From the NCBI GenBank assembly GCA_963838445.1, contig CAWIRT010000044.1, positions 47,509 to 111,508 on the forward strand: a stretch of 64,000 nt of DNA, written 5' to 3'. Below, piece after piece: positions 1 through 9,839 of the stretch. Under the pieces are notes generated by a model, which was not told the DNA's origin, did not search any database, and worked only from the letters and a program-made list of their open reading frames with translations. Every line of letters starts with the position of its first letter. Position 1 is the first letter of the stretch. Origin of the DNA: an uncultured Acidobacteriaceae bacterium (GTDB taxonomy: Bacteria > Acidobacteriota > Terriglobia > Terriglobales > Acidobacteriaceae). A program made the position numbers and the translations under genes.

Positions 1-631
1 GGAGGCCGATGGGACCGTGACAACGATTGCACCCAATCGCCAGATGGGGAAAGGGCGTCCGGGCATACCCGTTCTCAGTTCCCGGTACGGCATCAAAGGC
101 TCCCGCATGGCAAAAGAGGCAGCCCGCTCCGATGGCCCGGGTGAAGTCGGGGTCTTCCGTTCCCTCATATCCGGGAGCCAGATCATACGCCCCACGGCTG
201 CGATAATAAGCGACCGGCGACTGAAAGAGGTGGTCTCCAAGGTCCACGATGTATCCACTCGCGTGCGCCCCCGACCCGATTACATAATCCACGTGATAGC
301 TGGTGGTGCTGGCGCCGCTCTGCAGGGTCTGCGATGATCCATCCTGGCCGGCGTGCATGGTGATGGTTGCCTTGGGGGTGCGAACCACACCGGCCGGTTC
401 CTGTCCTCCGGCCCGCATGGAATGTGCCATCCTGGACCTGGCAAAGCCATCGACCTCGTAGGCGTGGCACCCTCTACATTGATTGGCATAGTCCGTCACG
501 GTCGAGGGCGCCGCTGCTGAAACCGCAGTCTCGCCAGACAGCCAGCACCTGGCGCCAAGGCTTAGAGCGACCGCACAGCATAACGACAATGCGGCTTTGC
601 CCAGGAGCGACCTCTCATTTTCCGGCCTCAT
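1..631 (-). CDS. multihaem c-type cytochrome family protein, N-terminal part (gene continues past the left edge of the window)
   Basis: Absent from the ORF track because it has no stop codon inside the window. Reverse-strand translation from ATG (631-629) stays open to base 1. It reads MRPENERSLLGKAALSLCCAVALSLG (signal-peptide-like), followed by three CxxCH haem-binding motifs (CRGCH, CLFCH, CNRCH). Confidence 0.7.
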   Translation of the reverse strand, partial: MRPENERSLLGKAALSLCCAVALSLGARCWLSGETAVSAAAPSTVTDYANQCRGCHAYEVDGFARSRMAHSMRAGGQEPAGVVRTPKATITMHAGQDGSSQTLQSGASTTSYHVDYVIGSGAHASGYIVDLGDHLFQSPVAYYRSRGAYDLAPGYEGTEDPDFTRAIGAGCLFCHAGAFDAVPGTENGYARTPFPHLAIGCNRCHGPIGL

Positions 632-806
632 CGAAACCCTTCGCAAGAGCGCGGCGACCTTAACCCTGCCGCTGCCCAACCGCGTACGCAACCTGCCATG
701 ATGTGCGAAGTACGGTGTCGGGGGAGAGGGTCAATGGTACTAACAGGCCGGTCCGAATGACGACGATCGCTGACTTAGGCAGGCAGGCTCTGCAATCGAT
801 TGAGCA

Positions 807-3014
807 CTAGTCAAGGTGAATGGAGGCGGTGCCATCGCGCATGGTGATCGGCTTGTTGCTGGGCGCCCCGGCGATCTCGACCACCATCGCCTCAAGCCTC
901 GGTAGCTTCCCTCCCGCGTCGGCTTTGAGCGTGAGCTTGCGTTCCTTATCGTTCCAGGTGCAAACTATTCTGCTGAACTGCCCCTTGAGATAGTCGAAAC
1001 CGATGCCGTCATCCTGGTAAAGTTGCATCGCTCCGTCCGCGCCGGGATAGATCCGCAAGATCAAAGGCTCGCTCATCTCCTCCTGAGCGTACTGCTTCAC
1101 CGGCCCCAGGGGCAGAATCGTCCCCGCCTTTACATACAATGGGAGTACGTCGAGATCCACTTCACGCACCTCATCCTTTCCGCCTTCAATGCGATCATTG
1201 GTCCAGTAGTCCCACCATTCACCATTGGGCAGATAAGTGGTCCGGTGGGTAGCTCCTGCTTCCAACACCGGAGCCACCAGGATGTTTTCTCCCCACAAGT
1301 ATTGGTTGTCAGTCGCCGCCGCCTTCGGATCCAAGGGATAGGAAAGCCATAGGGAGCGCATCAGCGGCAGTCCGGTGGCGTGGGTCTCAGCCACTGCGGA
1401 ATAGAGATACGGCAAAAGCTGATACCGCAAGTTGAGATACTTTCTGCAGATTGCTTCGACTGCAGTGTTGTGCAGCGCTTGCGGCTGGGGTAACGTCGCG
1501 GCGGCGAACTGACCGTCAAATTCCGCCGGCTCGTAGCTACCCAGATCCCAACCCCAGGGCAGACGCAGCTTCCACGTTCGGCCATGACACCGGAACGACG
1601 GGCAAAAGGCGCTGAACTGAAACCAGCGCACGAACAGCTCGGCGGTGAACTCCTTTGTAGGAACGAATCCGCCGGTATCAGTACCCCAATAAGGGATGCC
1701 GCAGAGCCCGGCGTTCATGCCTACGCTTACTTGCGCTCTTAACGTCGCCCAGGTCGACAATGTGTCACCCGACCACAGCCACCCGTAACGCTGCAGCCCC
1801 GCGTATCCATTTCTGTGCAAGGCAAAAGGTCGGGTGTCCGGCTGAAACATCTGCGAGCCTTCCCAGTACATCCGGTTCCTGGCCAGGCGGGATGCGGCGT
1901 TAAGCTCATCTCCTTCATCCGGCCACCAGCCATCCACGCCGGTCCGCTGCACTTCTCGATGCTTCGGCCAATACGCGGCCGCACTGCTCGGGTCCTGGAG
2001 CGCAGCGCCCCCGTCGCCTACTTCGCCATGCAGGTCCTCGGGAGGGCTGACCACGTGAAGGACAACCTTGAAGTGATCATCGTGGAACTGCCGGAACATG
2101 ACCGCGGGGTCAGGGAAGACTTGCGGATTAAAGGTAAAGGAACCGTGACCCGTGTTCCACCCCGAAGGACAGAAGCCGGTGCCGAGATAGATCATCGCAT
2201 CGCAAGGCAGCTTCTCCTTGCGAAAGCGCTTGAGCTCGGCGAGCACGGACTCGCCGCTCTCCAACGTGCGATGCGATTGTTGATATCCGAGCGACCAGAG
2301 AGGCGGCATATGAGGGTAGCCGGTCAGATCGGCCCACTCGCGCATCAACTCCGCCGGCCTATCGGCCAGCATGATAAAGATGTCCCGCGTAGGCGTCGGC
2401 TCACCCGGCAGAAAAATACCCTGTTCGCCCTTCAAATCGAACGTGCCCCACGGATGGGCAAAGAAGATTCCCCAGCTTTCCGCACTGACGACCCAGGGGA
2501 TGGGGACACGAGCTCCATAGGTGGCGAGGTCGGGACTTACTTGCCCGTTCCGCATCGCGTCCGCGGTGCCTCGGCGATTCAAAGGATGACCTCCCTCACC
2601 AAGGCCGAAGATGGGGCCGTCGCCAAGGTTGAAATGGATCGCGCCCGTCGACGGCTCAACCTGAAGCCGCTGCCGTATCTTGCCTGCGGCCTCGACAATG
2701 GTTATTCCCCATGGCCGCTCTTCTATGTGAACTTTGAATTCTCCCCAAGCCACAGAACCATTGGCATCCGGCTGCAAGGGCTCCGGCCAGCTTCTCGGGA
2801 CCACACCAGTCTCACTCGCCGGTCCCTGCTTCCCTTGCTGAATAACTCGCAGACGAAGTGTTTTTCCGCTTACGGCAACCAGGGTTAATGCATGGCTGTT
2901 GCCGACGGCCGGGACACCCTGCACCGCGGCGGCCATCTCCCGGCTGAACAGTACGTCCGCCGCGGTGAGCGCCATTCCGGTTAATACTCCGCGTCGAGAA
3001 ATGCGCTCTCCCAT
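807..3014 (-). CDS. glycoside hydrolase family 31 (alpha-glucosidase/alpha-xylosidase type), probably Tat-exported
   Basis: 735-aa ORF. N-terminus has a twin-arginine-like signal (SRRGVLTGMALTAA). GH31 signature blocks are present: GVDGWWPDEGDE, WLWSGDTLSTW, PYWGTDTGGF. Confidence 0.85.
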   Translation of the reverse strand: MGERISRRGVLTGMALTAADVLFSREMAAAVQGVPAVGNSHALTLVAVSGKTLRLRVIQQGKQGPASETGVVPRSWPEPLQPDANGSVAWGEFKVHIEERPWGITIVEAAGKIRQRLQVEPSTGAIHFNLGDGPIFGLGEGGHPLNRRGTADAMRNGQVSPDLATYGARVPIPWVVSAESWGIFFAHPWGTFDLKGEQGIFLPGEPTPTRDIFIMLADRPAELMREWADLTGYPHMPPLWSLGYQQSHRTLESGESVLAELKRFRKEKLPCDAMIYLGTGFCPSGWNTGHGSFTFNPQVFPDPAVMFRQFHDDHFKVVLHVVSPPEDLHGEVGDGGAALQDPSSAAAYWPKHREVQRTGVDGWWPDEGDELNAASRLARNRMYWEGSQMFQPDTRPFALHRNGYAGLQRYGWLWSGDTLSTWATLRAQVSVGMNAGLCGIPYWGTDTGGFVPTKEFTAELFVRWFQFSAFCPSFRCHGRTWKLRLPWGWDLGSYEPAEFDGQFAAATLPQPQALHNTAVEAICRKYLNLRYQLLPYLYSAVAETHATGLPLMRSLWLSYPLDPKAAATDNQYLWGENILVAPVLEAGATHRTTYLPNGEWWDYWTNDRIEGGKDEVREVDLDVLPLYVKAGTILPLGPVKQYAQEEMSEPLILRIYPGADGAMQLYQDDGIGFDYLKGQFSRIVCTWNDKERKLTLKADAGGKLPRLEAMVVEIAGAPSNKPITMRDGTASIHLD

Positions 3015-3359
3015 GCCTATCGCTTTCCTTTTCTCAGACGCTCACATCAGTGCGGGTCAGACCGAGGACTATCTTACCTCGGCTCGTCTCTTACGCGGAA
3101 TATCGGTAGTGTGCGCATGGCGATGCTGCGGATGTTTAGTCAAGGATCGAGAGATCGCGCGCGTTTGCCACTCCTCCGCATGGGGCGCAGCATGATGTCG
3201 GCTTCGACCACAACCTCAATCTGGAATGGGCGGGAGGTCACTGGCTCGCTGGGTGCAAGTCCGTCCTGCGGAGCTGGCATTTATGAAAAGTTGGGCCAGT
3301 TTGGCAGAAGCCGCGCTGGCCCCAAGGTTGATTTAGACCTCCAAATCGTAAAATCTTGT

Positions 3360-4485
3360 TTATCTCCCTCGCTGAGCCTGATCAGCATCCTGCGCCAGAT
3401 CCTTCATCAAGGCGAAGAACGCAGGTGACTGACCGATGAAGAGTCCCATTGCCGTCAGGAAGTTGACCACACCCATGGCAATTCCCTTGGTTTCAGTGGG
3501 GCGGATAATCGAGCATCTTGGGAGTTTGCGATTTATGAATGAGCACGGCTCAGGCATGATCAGGTTCGTTTGGAATTCCGGACCGCCGAACGGCGGAGAA
3601 TTCAGGTCGGGAAAAGTTACTGATACTTTTGTCACTGGGTCTACTGCAGTCAAGGGCGGAGCGTTACCTGCCTTATCCGACCAGGTTTGAAAATGCATTG
3701 TCTCGGTGGGTCCAATGCTTATTAGTATTCTTAACACTTCCACGCTGGTCGCTCTCTGCGCCATCGATGGGTACAAGCTGTTGCCGCCCTGTTCGATTGT
3801 GGGGAAGTGGAAGCCTGCGGTATTGGCGATGGCCTGAAGAAAGTTTGGATCCTGGGTGTCGTCATCCGTCCTGGGTATTGCCGTATGCTTTCCCACAGCT
3901 AACGTTGGGATCGCTTGCGGGAAGACGAAATTCGGCTCCAGGTCTGGATTATGTGCACTGCGATAGCGTGTCCACCAACTGGTATCCAGTGTGAGCTCCA
4001 TAAGATTGGTGATTCGGAGTTTGCCGCTGGAACCTGTCGCTTTGCTGCCCTCCAGCGTACGAAATGGCTCGAGACTCACTGTTTCCGCACCTTTCGAAGC
4101 CAGGTACGCATTAAGAAAGCTCTGGTGGGTATTTTCATCATCGGTATTGTCGTGAATGTACTGGGCCATGTCTGAGTCCAGCATCGCAACCGCCGCGGTA
4201 TAGGCGGCATTCCCGCTCCCACCGGGAACCTCGTTATCTACGAATGCCCCCGAGTTCGTTGTACTGCACCCAGAAGTCAGCCTCGATAATTTCCGCTGCT
4301 GCCGCGAAGCGCAGCATGGCTGCATCTCCTCGAGTGAGTTGACCACCCCCATCGTCCGCGAAAACGGGTGAGCTATCGGCTAGCAATCCGACTCCGGCTG
4401 TCGCTACACCCGCTGCTGTCAGTCCGTTCTTCACGAAAGAACGGCGGTTAATTGTGGTTTTCATGTTGCTCCATACTTCATCCAT
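3360..4485 (-). pseudogene. Tat-secreted ferritin-like domain protein, split by one apparent frameshift (or sequencing error)
   Basis: ORF-track entries 4234-4695 and 3360-4352 are the N- and C-terminal parts of one protein. The N-terminal part carries a Tat signal (MKTTINRRSFVKNGLTAAGVATAG) and ends ...AAAAEIIEADFWVQYNELGG. After a frame change the sequence continues FVDNEVPGGSGNAAYTAAVAMLDSDMAQYIHDNTDDENTHQSFLNAYL. The break coincides with a C5 run at 4247-4251. AAGGAGG lies 8 nt upstream of the ATG at 4485. Confidence 0.65.
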
Positions 4486-5405
4486 AGTTGCTGCCTCCTT
4501 ACAACCAAGAGGCTGAACTTCGACTGAGACGCAAGTGTCAACGCGATGTAAGGATGTTGTCATCTGTTTGTCGAATATTTGTCGCGTATGGAATGGATCA
4601 CGGCTGCAAGGCGGAGGCAATCGAAGATTCGATAATGTATTCAAAGGCGCGGCCCGCTTGACCGGAAGCGCACCGATGCCCCCTGACAGAGACAATCGTT
4701 TAAGGAAGCCGCTCTACTCGATTGGGGGCTCGGCATTATTTCAATCTGACGCATGCCAATGTCGATATCACACACGCAGACCGGCATAATCGGAAGATTT
4801 TAGTAGAGACTGTGCCGCTCCGCTGCCTCGTGTTCACTCACGAATGCACCACGCGCTGCCTAGCGTTTTCTTCACGTGAAAACAGTTTGTTGCCTTACTG
4901 CTGGCTGCGCGCGAGAGGGACAGGGTTTCCGCTGTTTCGGGTGGTTTGTTCGGCTATCCTGCTGCGCCGGCAGTCGACGCCGCAGCGGCTCGAGAGGAGA
5001 GGCGGCCGTCCCCTGACCCACGCCAGGAACGTAATTGCATTGGCCCCTCGCCGCGAGAGTTGTGGCCCGCGTTGTCTTTGCATTTGCCGGCACTCCTAAC
5101 CGATCGACAGGCTCGGGTAAAGCTGATCGATGTCATCGAGTTCTAAAGCCGCGCGCTCCTTTCCCATAAAACGGAGGACACTCGACGCGTGAGTGGCATG
5201 CATATACCTGATAGACGGTTATCGGCCAAAAACTGGTTACACCTCCCGCCCGTGCCCTGATTTTCAGGGTTTCAGTCTTGCCCTGTCGTGGGCGCACGTC
5301 TAGCCCTCGTCTAGCCCTCGTCTAGCCCGCATTTCTAACAAACCCCGGGGAAAACGAATAAACGAATCGCTGCCGGTAGTGAGATCTCCATGGGTAACGA
5401 CTGAC

Positions 5406-5575
5406 GGGTGCCCCACATCTGCCCGGTTTTGGCAGATGTGGGATTCCACGGCTGTCTGCCGATGGCTCTCTATCAGCAACAGATATGGAAGCCCATGACC
5501 ATCGACACCCTGCACAGTCAGGGGTTGAGGTTTGTGGATCCACATCTGCCAAAACCGGGCAGATATGGCGCACCC
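5406..5575. repeat. inverted pair of ~40-nt hairpin (REP-like) elements
   Basis: 5406-5447 (gggtgccccacatctgcccggttttggcagatgtgggattcc) is almost the exact reverse complement of 5536-5575. Each copy is itself a ~12-bp stem hairpin. A third partial copy (cacatctgcc) sits near 5757. Confidence 0.7.
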
Positions 5576-6341
5576 GGCCTTTGTCGCCGGCCGGGCTGTG
5601 AGAAATCCAGGCTAGCTCGCACATGCGCGATATGCGCGCACGATTTTGATCGAGATCGAAGCCCGTTTGAACTGGCAAGCTCAGTAAACAGCGATCAATC
5701 TAACGCCGCGCGTAATCACCTCAAATCGAATCCCGTCTCAACCCTTAGTGCACATACGCACATCTGCCAATCACGACGGTTGTAGATGTCTCGGCAACGC
5801 CATGAAGCGACTCGGTAGCACAATATCGCGGCCGAGACACGCCATATTGTGCCTCGAACCAGCATACTGCCCGGTATGACGCATAATAGTCCCATCATGA
5901 ACCCGCCAGAAAAGTCGGGGAAGTTGATCGAGTTCTCGCAACCGCAGGAGCCCCAACACGCCGTCGTCCGGATAGAGGCTTTCGTAGGACGATTGATAGA
6001 GAGCAGTGACCTGTTGGCGGCTGCCTTGGTGCGATTAAGAGACTTTTATTTGGCCGGAGCTCCGCCACTGGCCGCAGATAGAGTGTTGGCACAGGTGGCC
6101 GCTGCGCTCGAAATGGCTGAGAGAACCAGACACGGCTTCTAGCACCTTTCATCCCTATTCTGACCTCTCCATCCGTAAGATTTATTGTCCCCTCACTAGA
6201 GTGGGAACCTCGGTTCGTGGTAAAAGAGACAACTGACGGTGCTCTGGGATGGCAGCCGGTCGTTGCCATGGGCACGGCGGCATTCCCCAATCCATTTTCG
6301 AGACACCGGACGGAATTAAGAGCAATGCTCGGAAGGTAACT

Positions 6342-7274
6342 ATGGAAATGACGAAAGATCAGGTCACCTCTCTGACTGCTGGCAAGATGAAGCTGAAAAT
6401 TTACCCCAGCAAAAGGGCTGCCGGTGAGGCAGCCGCCCTTGCTGTAGCGGAAGAGCTTCGGCGGTTGGACCAGCTTCGCGACCAGATTGGCGTTATTTTC
6501 GCCACAGGCGCCGCCCAATTCGACACGCTTGAGTTCCTCACCTCAACGGCCGGTTTGCCCTGGAAAAAAGTGCGCGGCTTTCATCTGGATGAATATGTCG
6601 GGCTGGATGAGAATCATCCAGCTTCCTTTCGCTCCTTTCTGCGCCAACGGCTCACCCAGCGTGTGAGCATGGGTGCCTTTTTCGAGATGGACGGAACCGC
6701 CCAGGATCTCGAAGCCGTATGCCGGGATTACATCAAGGAACTGCACGTTGCAGAGCCGCAACTCTGTCTGCTCGGGATTGGCGAGAACGGGCACCTGGCC
6801 TTTAACGAACCAGCCGAGGCTGACTTTCACGACCCGCTGGAAATGAAGATCGTCACACTGGACTTAATGTGCCGTCAGCAACAGGCAGCCGAGGGCTGGT
6901 TCCCGAGTTGGCAGGAAGCACCGGAACGAGCACTCACATTGACGATTCCAACAGTCTTCCGTGTACCCAAGCTGATTGCCTCGGTACCGGGCCCCCGTAA
7001 AGCGCAGGTGATCCGTCGCACAGTTCACGACCCAATCTCGACTGCCTGCCCCTCGACTCTTCTCCGCACCCATCCGGACGTCACGGTGTACCTGGACGTA
7101 GACTCCGCCGCGGAACTGGAGGGCATCTCGCCCAGCTGCCACAAGCGGCGGTTAAGGGTGGAGGGAAGAGACCCGGCCGTCAGGGGCGAAAACCGGTCTA
7201 TCATTCCGTCCGCAACGCCTGCATTGGTTCAAGCCGCGCGCTCCGATATGCAGGAACGAGTGCCGCCAATGTAG
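6342..7274 (+). CDS. nagB: glucosamine-6-phosphate deaminase/isomerase family protein (NagB-like) with an unusual ~50-aa C-terminal extension
   Basis: Motifs HLDEYVGL and GIGENGHLAFNEP, and the overall SugarP_isomerase layout. GGAAGG precedes the ATG at 6342. The 3' end runs antisense into a permease gene remnant. Confidence 0.7.
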   Translation: MEMTKDQVTSLTAGKMKLKIYPSKRAAGEAAALAVAEELRRLDQLRDQIGVIFATGAAQFDTLEFLTSTAGLPWKKVRGFHLDEYVGLDENHPASFRSFLRQRLTQRVSMGAFFEMDGTAQDLEAVCRDYIKELHVAEPQLCLLGIGENGHLAFNEPAEADFHDPLEMKIVTLDLMCRQQQAAEGWFPSWQEAPERALTLTIPTVFRVPKLIASVPGPRKAQVIRRTVHDPISTACPSTLLRTHPDVTVYLDVDSAAELEGISPSCHKRRLRVEGRDPAVRGENRSIIPSATPALVQAARSDMQERVPPM

Positions 7275-7530
7275 TCACACAGCCCAAAACCAGGACGGCA
7301 GACAGTAGTGTGCTCATATCGAACGGTCTAACGCCAAACAGGAGACTGACCAGGAAGCGGCTAAGAAAGATCGATCCAACCAATCTTGCCGCTATGCCGA
7401 TGAGCGTCAGTCGAATTCCCTGAAAAATAACTAACCAGGCGATTCTCCCCGCGTTGCTCCCAGCGCCATCCGAATGCCGACCTCCCGGACACGGCTTGCC
7501 GCGAGAAATGAAACCAATGACGCTAGATGC
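7201..7530 (-). pseudogene. 3'-terminal remnant of an FtsX/ADOP-type permease gene (5'-truncated, plus one frameshift)
   Basis: Only the last ~110 codons of a permease are recognisable. They read ...LASLVSFLAASRVREVGIRMALGATRG, then a frame change near 7445, then IAWLVIFQGIRLTLIGIAARLVGSIFLSRFLVSLLFGVRPFDMSTLLSAVLVLGCVTTLAALVPAYRSARLEPMQALRTE*. No matching upstream permease sequence is present. Confidence 0.6.
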
Positions 7531-7721
7531 CGAGCGTGGAAAGCGTGAGGACGATCGCCCGATTGACTTCTATTTCCCGGCCAACTACTGTAGGTTTTGA
7601 GCGCGAAGGGCGCATCCAGTCCGCGGAAAGGGCCGTGCCCACCTCCAGTACGACGATCGAACGAAACTTCTTTCCAGCCTGACGTGTGCGGACTCCAGGC
7701 AAATAGCGAAAGGAGCTTCGT

Positions 7722-9371
7722 GTGCCTGAAAAACAACTGCCCGTCCGCCCAAACCTCGAACAATACAAGAAGCAATCCAAAGATCTGGCAAAGCAGTGCG
7801 GCCTCGGTATTCCTGACGCGCTCGCTCGTGTCCAGCGTCATCATCCGCGCTTTCACAAGCTGACCGAGTCTGAAATTCGGGCCTCACAGATTACCCGCGC
7901 CGATGCCCAACTTGTCCTCGCCCGCGAATATGGCTTCGAGAGCTGGCCAAAGTTTGCCCGGCACATCGAAACTCTTCAGCTGATTCTTTCCGTTGCCTCG
8001 CTTGCCGATCCCGTAACAGCCTTTATCGAAGTGGCCTGTGTGCCCAGGCACTCCGATCACAGCTCGGGCACACTCGAGCACGCCGAACTGATCCTTGCAC
8101 GATACCCGCAAGTGGCCACGGCCAATGTCTTTACCGCCGTCATTCTGGCGGACGAAGCCGCGGTGCTTGGCTTTCTCGCCCGTGATCGAAAGGCCGCGAC
8201 GATGACTGGAGGCCCGCATGGCTGGGATGCATTGACTCATCTCTGTTTCTCACGCTATTTGCGCCTGGAGCGTCAACGCTCGGAGGCCTTCGTGCGTACA
8301 GCCCGGGCTCTCCTGGATGCTGGAGCCAGTGCCCGGACGGGCTGGTACGAAATGATCGACCACCCTAACCCGCGTCCTACTTTTGAGAGCGCCCTCTACG
8401 GGGCTGCCGGCATCGCACAGCATTTGGACCTCACTCGCCTGCTGATCGAATATGGAGCTGACCCAAACGATGAAGAGACACCGTACCACGTACCCGAGGG
8501 ATATGACCATGCCGTGATGAACGTCCTGCTCGAAAGCGGGACGCTGAACCAGGCAAGTCTCACCACGATGTTGCTACGCAAGACGGATTGGCATGACGTG
8601 AGGGGCCTCAAGCTCGTGCTCGATCACGGCGCTGATCCCAATACGATGACGAGGTGGGGCGACAATGCACTGCACCATGCTCTCCGCCGCGACAATCACA
8701 TCAGCGCCATCGAACTGCTGCTCGACCACGGCGCGGACCCGGCGCTTTTGAGTCTGCGCGATGGCAGGTCGGCCACAGCCATGGCTGCACATCGCGGACG
8801 CGGCGACGTGCTTGCTCTTCTGGAACAACGCGAAATCGCGCTCGGCCTTCATGGCCTGGAACTTCCTGCGTTAGATCGCCTGGTTGCTGCCTGTGCGAAG
8901 GATGACCGCGAGGCAATGATCGCACTCTCCGCTGCCGAACCTAACCTCGTAACCGAACTCATCGCTCAGGGCGGAACGCTCCTGGCCGAATTCGCCGGCG
9001 TGGGCAACGTTGCCGGGATTCGCAACCTGCTCGACCTCGGGGTCAGCCCTGCCGCTCTCTATACGGAGGGCGATCCGTATTTCGATATCGCAAAGAACAG
9101 CACCGCCCTGCACGTGGCCGCCTGGCGCGCATGGCCAGCCGTGGTGAAGGAGCTGATTGCGCGCGGCACGCCGGTGGATGCATTGGATGCAAAGGGACGG
9201 ACAGCTCTGACCCTCGCGGTCAAGGCATGTGTCGACTCCTACTGGAAAGACCGCCGCTCGCCGGACTCCGTGGCAGCGCTGCTCCGGTCCGGCGCATCCG
9301 CCTCGCATATTGAAGTCCCGACAGGCTACGACGAGGTAGACCGACTATTCGCCAACCTTCCCCGGCGTTAG
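7722..9371 (+). CDS. ankyrin-repeat protein
   Basis: 549-aa ORF with several ANK units, e.g. ALHHALRRDNHISAIELLLDHGADP and TALHVAAWRAWPAVVKELIARGTPVDALDAKGRTALTLAV. Confidence 0.8.
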   Translation: MPEKQLPVRPNLEQYKKQSKDLAKQCGLGIPDALARVQRHHPRFHKLTESEIRASQITRADAQLVLAREYGFESWPKFARHIETLQLILSVASLADPVTAFIEVACVPRHSDHSSGTLEHAELILARYPQVATANVFTAVILADEAAVLGFLARDRKAATMTGGPHGWDALTHLCFSRYLRLERQRSEAFVRTARALLDAGASARTGWYEMIDHPNPRPTFESALYGAAGIAQHLDLTRLLIEYGADPNDEETPYHVPEGYDHAVMNVLLESGTLNQASLTTMLLRKTDWHDVRGLKLVLDHGADPNTMTRWGDNALHHALRRDNHISAIELLLDHGADPALLSLRDGRSATAMAAHRGRGDVLALLEQREIALGLHGLELPALDRLVAACAKDDREAMIALSAAEPNLVTELIAQGGTLLAEFAGVGNVAGIRNLLDLGVSPAALYTEGDPYFDIAKNSTALHVAAWRAWPAVVKELIARGTPVDALDAKGRTALTLAVKACVDSYWKDRRSPDSVAALLRSGASASHIEVPTGYDEVDRLFANLPRR

Positions 9372-9484
9372 CGATGGTTCGCTGGCGTCGCCGAACTCGT
9401 TCGTTTGAGCTCAGATCACGAATGTGCTTGACTTGACATCCGAATAGCGGCATCTTCTATAGATAACTAGGGGAGCATTCTGCA

Positions 9485-9823
9485 GTGGCAAAAACGAAGA
9501 ATGACAACCTTCAGGGCTCGCTGGCTCTTCTCGTTCTAAAAAGCCTCGAGCAAGGTCCTATGCATGGCTGGGGCATTACGCTGCACATCCAGCAAACATC
9601 GAACGAGATTTTGCGGGTCGAAGAAGGATCGCTCTACCCTGCACTTCATCGTATGGAGCAGGAACGATTGATCGCTTCAGTGTGGGGCGTGAGCGAAAAC
9701 AATCGCCGCGCGCGCTTCTATCGCCTTACTGCACTCGGGCGCAAACAGCTGAAAACCGAGCAGGAAAACTGGCGAAAGATCACCGATGGGGTTGCGCTCG
9801 TATTGAATTTCGAATCAACGTAA
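9485..9823 (+). CDS. PadR-family transcriptional regulator (acidobacterial type, paired with an ADOP permease)
   Basis: GTG start with AGGGGAG upstream. PadR winged-helix signature: [19 protein letters not shown]...[14 protein letters not shown]...RRARFYRLTALGRKQL. A permease gene follows 16 nt downstream. Confidence 0.85.
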   Translation: MAKTKNDNLQGSLALLVLKSLEQGPMHGWGITLHIQQTSNEILRVEEGSLYPALHRMEQERLIASVWGVSENNRRARFYRLTALGRKQLKTEQENWRKITDGVALVLNFEST

Positions 9824-9839
9824 GACCAGGAGCCTCACC

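Noticed and set aside
1815-2888. Long antisense ORFs inside well-supported genes: 1815-2888, 15115-15837, 20668-21387, 29183-29893, 39127-39966, 44368-45177, 46350-47231, 56671-57621. Also the out-of-frame same-strand ORF 52791-53540.
   Set aside because: They are typical shadow ORFs of GC-rich coding DNA. Their translations are Arg/Pro/Gly-rich with no motifs. Each lies wholly within a gene that has strong family signatures.
5322-5785. ORF-track entries lying in repeat regions: 5322-5678, 5408-5785, 45658-45957, 55360-55638, 63786-63974, 16650-16984
   Set aside because: They are translations of REP/MITE-like repeats. The same 'peptides' recur wherever the DNA repeat recurs, on either strand.
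5849-6142. 97-aa ORF (MNPPEKSGKLIEFSQPQEP...) as a small protein gene
   Set aside because: No motif, a weak start context, and it lies in a repeat-rich gap. It cannot be supported without homology or expression data.
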